From IMG/VR virus record IMGVR_UViG_3300020473_000016: a DNA stretch of 64,000 nt. One strand, written 5' to 3'. This DNA is from a virus. The position numbers were made by a program, and so were the translations under genes. Under the pieces are notes generated by a model. That model was not told the DNA's origin and did not search any database. It worked only from the letters and a program-made list of their open reading frames with translations. Below, piece after piece: positions 18,473 through 31,600 of the stretch. The stretch's first letter is position 1. Every line of letters starts with the position of its first letter.

Positions 18473-19674
18473 TAGAATGCCCTTATTATCATTATGACCG
18501 TTTGAGATGGTGTGTTGTTATCCATTACTATATTTAACGCACTATCAATGTTAGATACATTAACAGTATAAGATTGTACATTATTAATAGCAATATTTGA
18601 AGGTGGTCTCAGTCCAGCAGCAGTCATAGAAATATCAAATGAAAAATGATTATGCGGAGCAAGAGTTCCTTCTGTAAAATCTTCACCTGAATGACTTATA
18701 TTTGTTGGGTATGTAGTAGTCTGATCACCATTCAAATAGTTTACTCTACCCATAATATTTGTTGGTGGTGGAAAGACACCAGTGTGTCCAACCATTGAGT
18801 GTCCATAATTATAAGTGTCACTAAACTCAGGTGTATTACCACCTCCTTGTGGTAGAGTTCTTACTAAACCAGTTTCAGGTACAAGAGTCTTTGTTGCAGG
18901 GTCAAAAGTTAATGTTTGATCTGTTACAGGAAGAGTATTCTCATCATAATATGTGACAGATCCAGTACCATTAGCCCATCTATCAGGACTATCACCAGTA
19001 GCACCACTACCAGTTAAGTTAGCAGATTCATAATCAGGTGAACCACTTACTTGATATGCAGATGTTTCAAATACCTGTACATATTTACCCTCAGTTTGAG
19101 CAGTTGTATATTGACCTGGATGTCTATGAGCAGGTGTATGATCTATACCTAATTTTCTACCAATAACATAATATGTTTTAGACCATGTAGGATCATTAAG
19201 AGTAAACTCAGTGATTCTACCTGCCATGTTATTAAGAACTGCCATATTAAATGTTATGTCAGTATCAGCACTGTAGATAGCAGGTGGTGTTACAGCAGTA
19301 CCATCACCATCTATTAAATCACCAACAACATTATTTGCGTCAGGTTGACCATACTGATACTTACCTTCCAATAACATAGACCTTTCAACGTCTACCATTG
19401 CCCTACCATTTAAGTCAGGGACACGAAAAATATCAGAAGCTTCATAATCTGGAAACTGACCTTTAATTCCAGTATCACTAGGACCATAGGTATTACCTAT
19501 CATAGATGCTAGTAATGGATAATCCTCAGCAGGATGTGTGTTTCCATCACATAGTATCCACCCATGTGGTACATTAGGGGGATTAGAACCCCTAAGCGTT
19601 GAATTACCTCCCCATGGCATTATAGTGCCAATGGGGGCGTTCTTCATTGTTTTGACTCTGTTGTAAAATGCCAT
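18472..19674 (-). CDS. tail-collar domain fibre protein
   Basis: start reassigned to MAFYNRVK (TAATG overlap); PIGTIMPW...GWILCDG...FRVPDLNGR. Confidence 0.85.
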   Translation of the reverse strand: MAFYNRVKTMKNAPIGTIMPWGGNSTLRGSNPPNVPHGWILCDGNTHPAEDYPLLASMIGNTYGPSDTGIKGQFPDYEASDIFRVPDLNGRAMVDVERSMLLEGKYQYGQPDANNVVGDLIDGDGTAVTPPAIYSADTDITFNMAVLNNMAGRITEFTLNDPTWSKTYYVIGRKLGIDHTPAHRHPGQYTTAQTEGKYVQVFETSAYQVSGSPDYESANLTGSGATGDSPDRWANGTGSVTYYDENTLPVTDQTLTFDPATKTLVPETGLVRTLPQGGGNTPEFSDTYNYGHSMVGHTGVFPPPTNIMGRVNYLNGDQTTTYPTNISHSGEDFTEGTLAPHNHFSFDISMTAAGLRPPSNIAINNVQSYTVNVSNIDSALNIVMDNNTPSQTVIMIIRAF

Positions 19675-22600
19675 TATAGTTCTGTTAACCACCAACCTTG
19701 ATATGCAGCAGGAATAAAGTTATTTCCGTCTGACGAACCTACGAATATTAATCCGAAGGAAGCATTCTTATTCTGGATCACGAGTTCACCTGATCCATAT
19801 GGTGTGGACAATCCACCCAACTTAGTACCCTCAGTATCACCTTGAATTGCAACTGGTTCTCCATTTACGATTGGAGCACGTACAACTAGAGAGTTGTTAT
19901 AAGTTAGTGAACCACCAACCTCAGTAAATCTAATGATGTCTCCTGTTTCAGGAGTAGATGGTAATGTTAATACCAATGCACCTGTAGAAGGAGCAACAGC
20001 AACAATATAATTTACATTACTTGTAATGTTAGCATTGCTGTTAACGAATGTAGACTTATGTCCACCATTCTTATTCTTCCAACCAGTGTAACCAAAGGCA
20101 TCAATAGAACAATCTTGATTGATTGTATAACCCTTAGTACCACCATCACCTAATTGTCTTACTGTTAGTATTTGCTGTGTACTTGAAGCAGTTGTAGCAG
20201 GAATACCAGCAACATCTAGTAAGCGACCAACATATGTATCACCATATTCAGGTTCAACACGGAATGTTGGATTAAATGTTTTATTAGTAAACTGAATTGC
20301 ATCAGGATCCTCAACACACTTACTTGGGAATACTCTTAGGAATCCACTTATGTCTGTAGCAGCATTAACAACTAACTTACCAGCTTCAAAGTGATGTTCA
20401 TCGTTATTCTGTATTGTTAAGATAGGTACGTTATTATCAGTACCCATGATGTCAAAGGAAGATCCAATGAACTTAACATCATCATATACTGTTAGACGAC
20501 CATGATGGAAGTTCTTCTTAACCATCTGGATACCACCATCAGTTGTGGCAGTATTGGTTACTTCAAAGATCTCATCACCTATCAATAATGCATAGAAACG
20601 ATCTAAGAAGAATGGAACTACATCAGAGTTCTTGACATTAACAGCGACAACTGAAGTTCCTGTACTTGGAATTGCATCCTCTAATACAGTTGTTTCTCTG
20701 GTAAGAACTCTCCATACAGTTTCACCATCAGAGTGTGTCTTAGCAGCACCAGGCCAGTTAGCAACGTTGTTAACACGAGTTACAGGTAAGTAACCAGCAG
20801 TACCAGATGTTACAACTGGAGTACCAGACACCTGCATGAATTCTTCATTACCACCAGATCCATAACCAACTAAGATAAAGTCATTGATAGCAAAATCTGT
20901 GACGTTATCAACTGTTAGTTGTGTTGCTGTTGTGCTTATTGGAGTTACAGTATCAACGAATGTTGTTGCAATTCCGTTATCAACTTTAGGATCCTTAAGT
21001 ACTGTGTAAACTGTAGCACCTTTAGCATGTGCAGCAGCAGTTGTACCCCACTTAGATCTTACAGTATAGATTGTACCACTTGGATTACCAAGTACAGTAT
21101 CACCACTGCAAGCATCAATACTAAAGACATCACGTACACGGTCAGTTATACTAAACTTCTCGTTAACAGATGCTCTGAGTGTTGCACCAGTAGCAGTACC
21201 AGCACCACCAAACGCTACGTTAAGTGTAACAGTACTACCAACAATACTTACGATCTGAGGATCAGTTTGTCTTGTTTGACCACCAGTAGTTACAAACTGG
21301 TTCTGTTCTAATGTTACAGCACCACCGTTACTACTCAACTCTACATAATCACCAACTTCAAGTCCTTGTGTGTTAGTGACGTTGGTAATAGTTGTAAGAT
21401 TTGCTTGAATATCACCAACAATGAATCCATCACCATTAGCAGTTTCTTTCCATGCAGTCTTACATCCACCAATGAAGTTCAATGAACCGTTAACAGTTAA
21501 CTTACCATTCTCTCCATCAACACCATCATTACCAACTATTACATTACCAGTTACAGTATCAACCTCGAACAATACGTTACCAGGACATCCATCAAGAACT
21601 TGGAAGTTCTTATTGTTCTGTGTAAGAGGTGTTGCAAGTTTGAATACTTCACCTTGATCAAAGATTCCGTTACCGTTAGTATCTTCACGATCAATAATAA
21701 CGTAATCTCTCTGTGTTTGTAATGTTCCACCGAATGATGCTAGGTAGATATTTTCCTGAACACCAGATGCATCAATTGCTTGCTCTGTCCAAGTACCATC
21801 AAATGCAATATTACACTTGTAGATTGGAGTCTTAGTAGTTAAAGTATCAGGATGATTAGTCTTAATTGCTGTGTAAGTACCAAGTGGTTGTCTCTGAACT
21901 GTTACGATATAAGGAGCAGAAGTTGCACCAGCTAATCCACCAGGTATAATCCTTACAATTTCAGGATGTGTTCCTGCATTAACATCTAATGGTGCGTCAA
22001 GGATCATATAATCCCCTTCAGCAAAGTAACTACCAGGATCAACTTCAAGTGGTAAGTAATACTGATCTCCACTTAGAGCAGGTAGATCTGTACCGCCAGG
22101 TCCCTCTCCAACTCTAAGTGCTTGCCATGTAGTTCCACCCCATTGTCCTGCACCAGTAGTATCAAGACGGTTCCAACCAGATTGTGATTGAGTTAACTCT
22201 AGTACGTTAATAATATCAACGTTCTTATTGTAGTTACCTACACCTAAGATACCGCTTGCGTGAGCAAATGCAGTAGATCCTAATGCTGCTCTATTACCAA
22301 TGAAGGAGAATGCAGCAGTACCACCACATAGTTTGACACTACCGTTAAGTGTTGTCTCACCATCAACTTCAAAGTTGTTTCTAACTGTAGTTGATCCACC
22401 TTGACCAGCAATATTAATTTCAGAAGCATTTAAACCAAAATCAATAGTCTGTGTGTTACCTGAGAAGAATGAAACAATACCTGCTTCAGTGTTAAGAGTT
22501 ACGGTCTGTTCTGGTTGTGTTCTATCACCACCAAGTATCTTGTCTGCACCAAATGTTGCGTCACCTGCGTAGGATACCTTTCTATTTCCAAACTTAACAT

Positions 22601-25600
22601 AGGATAGTGATTCGTTGTTACCGTATGCACCACCAATTTCAATCTTAGAAATGTTAGTTGCGGTATCAGCAATAGCACCAAAGAAGATGTTACTGTCAAC
22701 AGAAGCACTACCAATCTTGATAGTTTGTTGTCCTGTTACTGAATCACCAATGTCGATTGTCTGAGCTGCTGTTGTAGTATCACCAAGTGTTAATGCAGTT
22801 GCATCACCAGCAATATTAACTGTGGTTGCAGTAGTATTAACAACATTGAATGTTGTAGAAGCAGTAGTAAGATCTCCACCATCAATCTGAACATCTAGAT
22901 CAAATAGAGCATTACCAGTGAAATTAGAGGTTCCATTAACATATAAACCATAAGTAGATAGATTTGTATCTGTTGCATTGATACCAACCTGTCCAGTACC
23001 TACAGTATTAGAGGTCTTAACCCTTAATGTTGCTTGATTAAGAGGATTATCTGCATCACCACCAACTAGGAATGCATCAGCACGACCAGCCTTAGTACGA
23101 CTAGCAAACTCTGGCTCAGTTAAGAAGTCTGTAGTTGTTGTACCACTAATGAATGCACTACCAACAACATCTAAGTTTGCTCTAGGATTAGTATATGTAT
23201 CAACAAATCCAGTCGCATGAGAATCATGTGATGCTCTTGTGACAGTGTTAATACCGACTCTATAATCACCTATAGAACCAGCACCAGATGCTAGAGTGTT
23301 TCTAACAAGAGTTCTGATTGCATCAGCACCAACAACACCTAGTTCCTTAAATTCAGAAGTAGATACATATAATTTCGCTGAAGCATTTTGAGAAATAATT
23401 GTTGTCCAACTTATAACAGCCTGTGCCTGTGCAGTAGTTACTTGGAAGTGAACATAGTTATTTGCAGGGTCAAATGCATCTCCAGAAGGTGAGTAAACAG
23501 GCCAACCTTGAGGGATGTTTATTAATGAAACTGGGTAGTTAGTGAATCTAATTCTAGAAGCACTTGTAATACCAAGTGAAGAGTTAGATAACTGAACACC
23601 ACTTGCTTCAAATGTTAATTTAACTACGTTACTACCATCAAATGTTATTGTGAATATATTTGATCCTGCAATTTCACTGAAGTAGTTGGCATATATCCAA
23701 CCAAGTGATCCAGATTCTCCAACCTCATCACCCTTAAGTAGAATGTCACCAGACGTAGGCTGAACACCACCGTAAGAAATATCCTGATTAGAATTAATTC
23801 TAGTACCACCAGCATTAACCATGCTTGTCTGGTTAGGTGTCATATTTGTTGGAGCACCAGCAGAAGTGGTGTGGGTCTGAATCATATAATTCTGACCATC
23901 ACCTCTGGCGTTAAATCCAAATACAGCAGCATCTACTCTGTTCTTACTGATACGAATATCTCCTTTCGTAGCAGGAGTGAAGCTAGTTCTATCAAGACCT
24001 TCATCCTGTTCTAATAGAGTAACAGGATCAGTAGGACTTACATTAGAACGTATAATAAGTACGTCTCTATTCTGTATTAGATCATTATCTTGAACACTGA
24101 TTAATACAGGAGATTCAAATGTATTAACAAGACTTCCATTACCACCAACAACTGTTATATTCTGGTTGAATGTTACAGCAGTATCAAATGTGGTTACTAG
24201 ACCTCCTACTACGTCATCCTTATCTCCATCATCTTGTAGTGTAGCAGCGTCAAGGAAGGTCTCTTCGCCTGTGATAGCGTTGATCTTCTTGTTACCTATG
24301 TAAAGGTCTCCATTGGAGTTTAGACCTGTATAGAAGACTATACCACCATCTTGCTTCTTAGACTGAGCATAGAAGTCTTCAGTTGGTGTTAGTACAACTT
24401 CCTGTCTGATTGGAAGACCAGTTGAATAGTTACCTGGTCCGAAACCAAGATATTCAAACGTATGGTTACCTGCACGAGCAATAGATGGTCTACGGAATTC
24501 AACGTAGAACTTATCATCTGTCATTACTGTGCTTGTACCAGCAATAGGAATACGACGGTCTTCAGAACCAGATGTAGCATTACCACTCTGTGCCTGAACT
24601 GAGTAAGTATTCTCTATAAATGCTGATTGTCTAACTAGATCCTCAACACCTTCTCTTGTAGTAGAGTTCTTATAGTCGTTAACTGTAACTAAACCATGAG
24701 TATAGTTATCAGCAGCAGAATATGCTTGAGGTGGATCAACTAATCCAGCAAATACGTTTTTCTCTTCTGCTGTTGTACCAGACTTCTGGAACCAAAGAGG
24801 ATCGTTTCTGTAGTTTAGAGGATATAGTTTGCTAACTGGCTGGGAGAACTTGAAGCTCTTGAAGTTATTAACAACACCAGGTCCAGTTGGGAATGGAGAA
24901 ATGTTACCACGTAAGCAAGTTAGATAGTAAATACCTTCTTGCTGTCCGAAGATACGTTTCTGTAATGTCTCTACGTTAAAGATATAGAATGTATCTTCAA
25001 TGATACCTACATCATTTACACTATCAACGTAGTATTCAATACCAGCATCGTCAGTAATACGATCACCTGGTGTTATGGTGTAGACATTAGCACCATTTTG
25101 TCTGTAGTAGTACTCAGGATATCCCTTAGAGATAAGTCTCTTAAGTGGTAGTGACTTACCAAAGTCTTGATCCTCTACCATCTCAGCAAATACATTACCT
25201 TGTGTAAATCTTGTATTTGCAAAATCACTATACTCTAATTTTCCACCGCGGATATTTTTTAGGATTAGGTAGTGTGAACTTCCAACATTGTAATAAGCAT
25301 GTATATTAGCAAGACCAGAAGAATAACCAGTCCAACTAATTTCATTGGTGCTACTATTCTGTGTCTTATTCGCTACGAATGATCCACCTTGAGGAGCATC
25401 AATTCTAACAGTAGTGAAGATCTCATTCTTAAGACCAGGATAGTTAACAACATCAACTGCATGGTCAAAGACATTAAGTTCTAAGTACTTGATATTAGGA
25501 TCTAATGGATCTTCTACATAACGACCACTTTGAATAGTGGCTGTAATACCACTCGTAGTCTTAACAAATGCTCTATACTCAACACCAGCGTTAGTTAGAT

Positions 25601-28600
25601 CCTTCTTATATGGATCATACTTAGCAGGTACACTAAGTGAATTACTTGCGAAGTCTGCTTCAGTGTATCCAATGTACTCATTCTGTTGTCTTGGGTTCTT
25701 GAATCTAGCACCGTATACTGATCCAGTTACAGGCTTAAGTACAATCTTCTGAGGTATTAACTTACGAGTATCGTCAGTTCTTCCCTTGATAACGAATCCA
25801 TTGATAGGATCTCTTGCGTTCTCAATATCTTTTGGAATAACATAACGTAACTTGTATGTTCTTTCATTTGCTTCACGCTGATCTTTAAGACGCTCATACC
25901 ACATATCAGTAGTACGAGGAGTAGATGACATATCTGTCTGTTTGATTCTCCAGATGATATTGTCATAGAAAACAGATGAAGGTTGACCAGTAACATCATC
26001 CTTAACTTTGATGTACCACTTACCTGAAGTAGTAACAGCATCAGTAAAGGTTGGATCAAATGCCATTGGTGATCTACGCTTGTTAGCATAGGTTGTAAAC
26101 TTAATACCAGTTTGACCAGGATCAAATGTAATTCTTACATCATTCAGTGCATCTGCCTTGCTTAGGTGGATGGTGAATACTCTATCATTTTGATAGCGAA
26201 CATAGAATGATACGTTAGGGTTAAGTCTACCGAAATCTGGGCTGGAACTATTTGTTACAGCAACATTAGGATTATTTGCAAATGATGTAGATACTAATGG
26301 TAGTTGTGATCCTTCTTCAGGTCTAAAGAATACTTGTTGAGCATCAGTAGAAGTAGATGGTTTGTCAACGATGTTTGGTATCTCTGTCTCAAATCCACCG
26401 TTACCAGAGAATGCAGAGGTTGTTGCTAAGTTAGTTCTATATGAATGTAGATCATATGAATCATCTAATACAAACTGATAGATATCAATCTCTACATCAG
26501 GATCAACAGAAGTTGTTTCAGATGCATAGATGTAGATACCAGCAGCAGCATTCTCTCTAGATGTTGCAAGCATCAACTTAGTTTGGTCACTACCATCGAA
26601 GTAGGTTCCACCACTATAATCAATAGGTGATGTAGTTCTACCTGGAGAAATTACATAGTATGTTCTGTTAGTTTCAAATCCATTAGGTAGTCTAACAACA
26701 CGCTTATCAACATCAACATATTTCTTAGTTACAGTATCAAAACGAGGACGTGGAACCAACCTTACTGGTGTTCCTGTCTCGAAGTTATGTGCGTTAGATG
26801 ATCCAGTACCAGTTGTATCAATAGTGAATACTGTTGCTCTGGAAGCAAGTAATGATGTGTTAACTGTCTGCTCTTGACGAGTAACTGATCCAAGACCACT
26901 ACTAATGATAGTAGTAATGTTACCAATTAATGTGTTAATAGCAGCAGCAGTTGCAGCACACTCAGCGTTGCTAGAGTTAGTTGTTGAGTCTCTAGTAATA
27001 TCTCTGTCAGCATCAGTAACAGGTCCGATTACTTTAGTATCAGGTAATGTATCAGCCCATGCACCCTCACTATATGTGAAGTATAGATTGATTGAACTGC
27101 TACTTAGGATAGCATTAACAGTATTTCCTGTTACTAACTTAGATCCTTTAACACCCAATTCAATCTGAGTGTTGCTAACAATTCTCTTAACGTATGTTCC
27201 TTCAGGAATGGTTGTGTATATTGGTGTAACACCAGAAGACTTAAGTACACCTTGCTCATAAGGTGATACTCCAGACTCATCATATTCAACAACACTCATA
27301 CCGATAACCATACCGCTTGAGTCATTAACATCGACTATGGCAGATCCAGCAGTAGTTGTACAGTTGAATGCCAAGAAGTCAAAGTTCCTCATAGCTGCGG
27401 TACACATGTTACCGACATAGTTCCAAGCATCAATAGTCTCAGATGCTTGACCATCAACGAAGTCTAATTGAGCATTAACAAAGTATGCTTCACCAGCCTG
27501 TACACTGTTGATGTTACCACCAAGACGTAAGTCATTGACAACAGCATCTACGATGTAAGCAACGTCTCTGAAGCACTTAGAAGACTCATTGTTAATAGTA
27601 AAGTCACCCTTGTTAATTGTTGGTAGTCCATTAAGATTACCAGCAGTAATAGAATCTACAAGGATATCGAATAATGTTTCAATAGTATTTCTTACGTTAG
27701 CACAATCCCACTCACCATTGCTTACGCTAGGTAGATCATTAAGATTGCCAGCAAGTAAACTATCAGTAAAGACACCAATTAAAGTATCAACTGTAGAAAG
27801 AACCTCAGCACAATTACCTTGAGTATATGTGGTTGGTTGTGTTGGTTCTGTTCTTGTAATGCTGTTAAGGTTACCAACAGCAGCATCAGTACCTACACCC
27901 TGAATAATAATATCCATCAAGGTGTCTGTTGCTGATACCATAGAAGCACATGTAGGTGCATCAAATAGGTTGATCAATGTTAGATCTTTAACCTGTTGGT
28001 TAGTAGCATCAGGAGTCCAGTTGGTAGGTGTAACTGTTACGTTCTGAATTACATCTTCTACAACTGCTTTTACTTTCTTATAAACTTCAGCAACTTCTGT
28101 ACGCTCACTCTGTGGCATAAGAAGTGGAACACCATTGAAGTTATTAGTTACGAAACCATTACCTATATCATAGATCTTATGGTTACCACCATACTTCATG
28201 TTGTATGCTAAGTCTCTAACAACGTCATAAACGTCATCAAGACAATCTTGCTCTGTGTATCCAGCAGCAGGAGTATAAGAAGGATGAACTACCTTCATCT
28301 GTTCGTATGCTTCCTTAGCAATGAACTTAGAGTTAGCAAGAAGTAATACAGATACATCAGCATTAGCATCAGATACTATTGGTGGTTCACCAGTAGTGTC
28401 AGTAGTAATACTTGTATCTTTCTGTGATAGTTGGTTATTAATTGCAAGATTGATTTGATCTTGAATCTTATTCAAACCAACAACTGTTTGGTTAACCTCT
28501 CCTTGTACACCATTGCTTAGTAGTGCATTACCAGAGAAGTATGTCTTAAGATAAGAGATAGTGTACTCGTTACCACCGAACCAAAGATCTTGTGCTATAG

Positions 28601-31600
28601 CATCAATGATTCTACCTAAGTCTCTTCTACACTTAGTTTCATAGTTTGTAGAAGCATGGTTAGAATCGTATACATTGATAGCATTGATTGCTTCAGTGAT
28701 AATGTTATTCTTGTTAGCAAGTATAAGGTTGCGTGCATCCTTGTTACGGCTAGCATTTAGAGAAGAATCATCTCTAAAGATTGTAACTGCATTATTCTCA
28801 GCAGATACAAATGTGTGAGGATATTCACCACCTTGAATTACAAGTGCTCTCTCAATACCATTTGTTTGAGCAGATACAAATGTATGTGCAGTAGTATTTG
28901 TGGATGGAACATTCTTAAGAACTTGTACATCAAATGTATTTGAAGTTACATTAGAGATCTTTAACCACTTACCTGAAGATGGATCTGTTGCACGAGGATA
29001 AGTATGGTTTGTAGCATTACTATCCTGAGCACAAGTGAATGTTAGAGAGTTGTTTGCAATCTTAATATGCTCACCCTCTACAAAACCATGACCATTAACG
29101 GTCAATGTCATCACACCAGTAGAAGGATTGTAAACAGCATTAGTTGCTGTAGTTGTATTGCTGGTGTTAACGAATGTATGAGTGTAGTTACCTCCAGCGA
29201 TGACTGCTCCTGTTGCAGCAGATACAAATGTATGTGCTGTAGTATTAGAAGAAGTACCAACGTTAAGTGTAATACTATCTGAAGTTACAGATGCAATACT
29301 AATTGCAGTATCGTATGCAGGATCTCCAGATCTAGGATAGGTATGGTTAGTAGCATTGCTATCCTGATCACATGTAAATGTTAATGAGTTGTTACCTAGT
29401 TTTATAGATGTGCCAGCTGTAAGTGTGTGAGCACCAATTGTAAGTACCAAGACACCAGAGGTGGGATTGTAGGTAGCTCCACTAACATTGTAGTTAACAA
29501 TAGGAGATTGGCCAACGTTAACTGTGACTGTACCAGTCTGTCTTTCGAGTCCATTTGATGTAGCAGATACGAATGCATGAGTAGATGTTTCTGAAGTAGC
29601 ACCAACATTAACTTTGAATGTATCAGCAGTAACAGCAGAAATTTGTAACCACTTGCCACTTACAGGGTCAGTTGCTCTAGGATAAGTATGCTGAGAAGCA
29701 TTACCATCTAAAGCACAAGTCATTGTCAATGAATTGTCAGCGATCTTAACCATATCGCCATTAGCAAATCCATGAGCAGTGACTGTAAGAATTAATTCTC
29801 CAGTAGAAGGAGTATATGCAGCACCACTTACTGTATGATTTGTTGATCCAACTGCGGTAACATCTAATGCAGTGTTATACTTAGGATCAGTTGTTCTAGG
29901 ATAGGTATGGTTTGTACCATTATTATCCATACCACATGTAAAGGTTAAAGCATCTTTTGCTAACCTGATACTTGTTCCTACGTTAATAGTATGACTAGGA
30001 AGAGTAAGAACTAAGTCACCTGTTACAGGATTGTATGTGGCATTATTAATATCATATCCATTTGCCTGTGTCTTACCAACGTTAACAGTAATTGTATTGG
30101 TTGTAGTAGAACTAATAGGTAGTTTCTCACCATATACAGGATCAGTAGCACGAGGATATTTGTGCTGTGTAGCGTTGTTATCTTGAGCACATGTGAATGT
30201 TAATGAATCTGCATTAATGCTAAGTGAATCACCTGCTTTCTCGATACCATTAGCAGTTGCAGATACAAAGTTATGTGGATAGTTACCACCAGTTGTAATG
30301 GCATTAGCATTAGCACCAGCCCAAACATGAGTGTATGTTCCACCAGTCTTAACAGAACTTGCAACAGCACTAACAAATGAGTGTGCAGTTGTGTTAGAAG
30401 ATACACCAATGAATAACTTTATAGTACCACTCTGCTTGATTAATCCATTAGTGGATGCAGAAACAAATGAGTGTGTGTACTGGTCATTAACACCAGAGAT
30501 ACCTACATTAACTTCAAATGTATTTGCAGTCTTATTAGCAACAGTTAACCACTCATCATATGATGGGTCTGTTGTACGTGGGTAACTATGGTTAGTTGCG
30601 TTACTATCTTTAGAACATGTAAATGTTAGAGATTCCTTAGCAAACTTAATCTTGTCACCGTTGTTTAATCCATGACCATTAAGAGTTAATACCATTACAC
30701 CACTAGCAGGTGTATAAGTTGCACCAGTTACAGTAGCAGTTGTAGTACCAACTTCCTCAATGTAGATAGAGTTGTCATAGAATGGGTCTTTCTTATATGA
30801 TAGACCATTAGCACTTGCACTTACAAATGTATGTGCAGTTACGTTAGTAGAAGGTTGTTGTGCTAGTACTTGTACTTGGAAAGTATTTGTTTGTACATTA
30901 AAGATCTTCAACCACTTACCACTTACAGGGTCGGATGCTCTTGGATATGTGTGGTTAGTATTGTTACTGTCTTGAGCACAAGTAAATGTTAATGAATCAT
31001 CTGCTAACTTGATTTGCTCACCATTATTAAATCCATGATTAGCAATAGTTAGTTCTAAGATACCAGTAGTAGGATTGTAGTCTGCATCAGTTACAGTTGC
31101 AGTCTCTACAGTAGTTCTAGGATAACTGTGGTTAGTTGCGTTACCATCCTGAGCACAGGTAAAGGTTACAGCACCATCAGCTAACTTGATACTATCATTA
31201 GGTTTAGTAATACTGTTGGCAGCAGCAGAAACAAAACTATGTGTAGTTGTGTTTGTAGAAGGTACTGCGGCTAATACTTGTACATCAAATGTATCTGTAG
31301 TTACACCACTAATCTCTAACCATGAACCACTTACAGGGTCAGTAGCACGAGGATATGAGTGGTTAGTACCATTACTATCTTGATCACAAGTAAAGGTTAA
31401 AGCACCATCATCAATTCTAACTTTCTCTCCATTCTGGAAACCATGTCCAGCAACAGTGATTGTAATAATACCTGTATTAGGATTATAGTTAGCAGCAGTT
31501 GGTGTATATCTATCAGCACCACGTAGATTATGCTGACCAATGGTTAGTTCCATCAAACCTGTTGTAGGTACAAAGGAAGCATTGGAAGGAGTATATTCTA

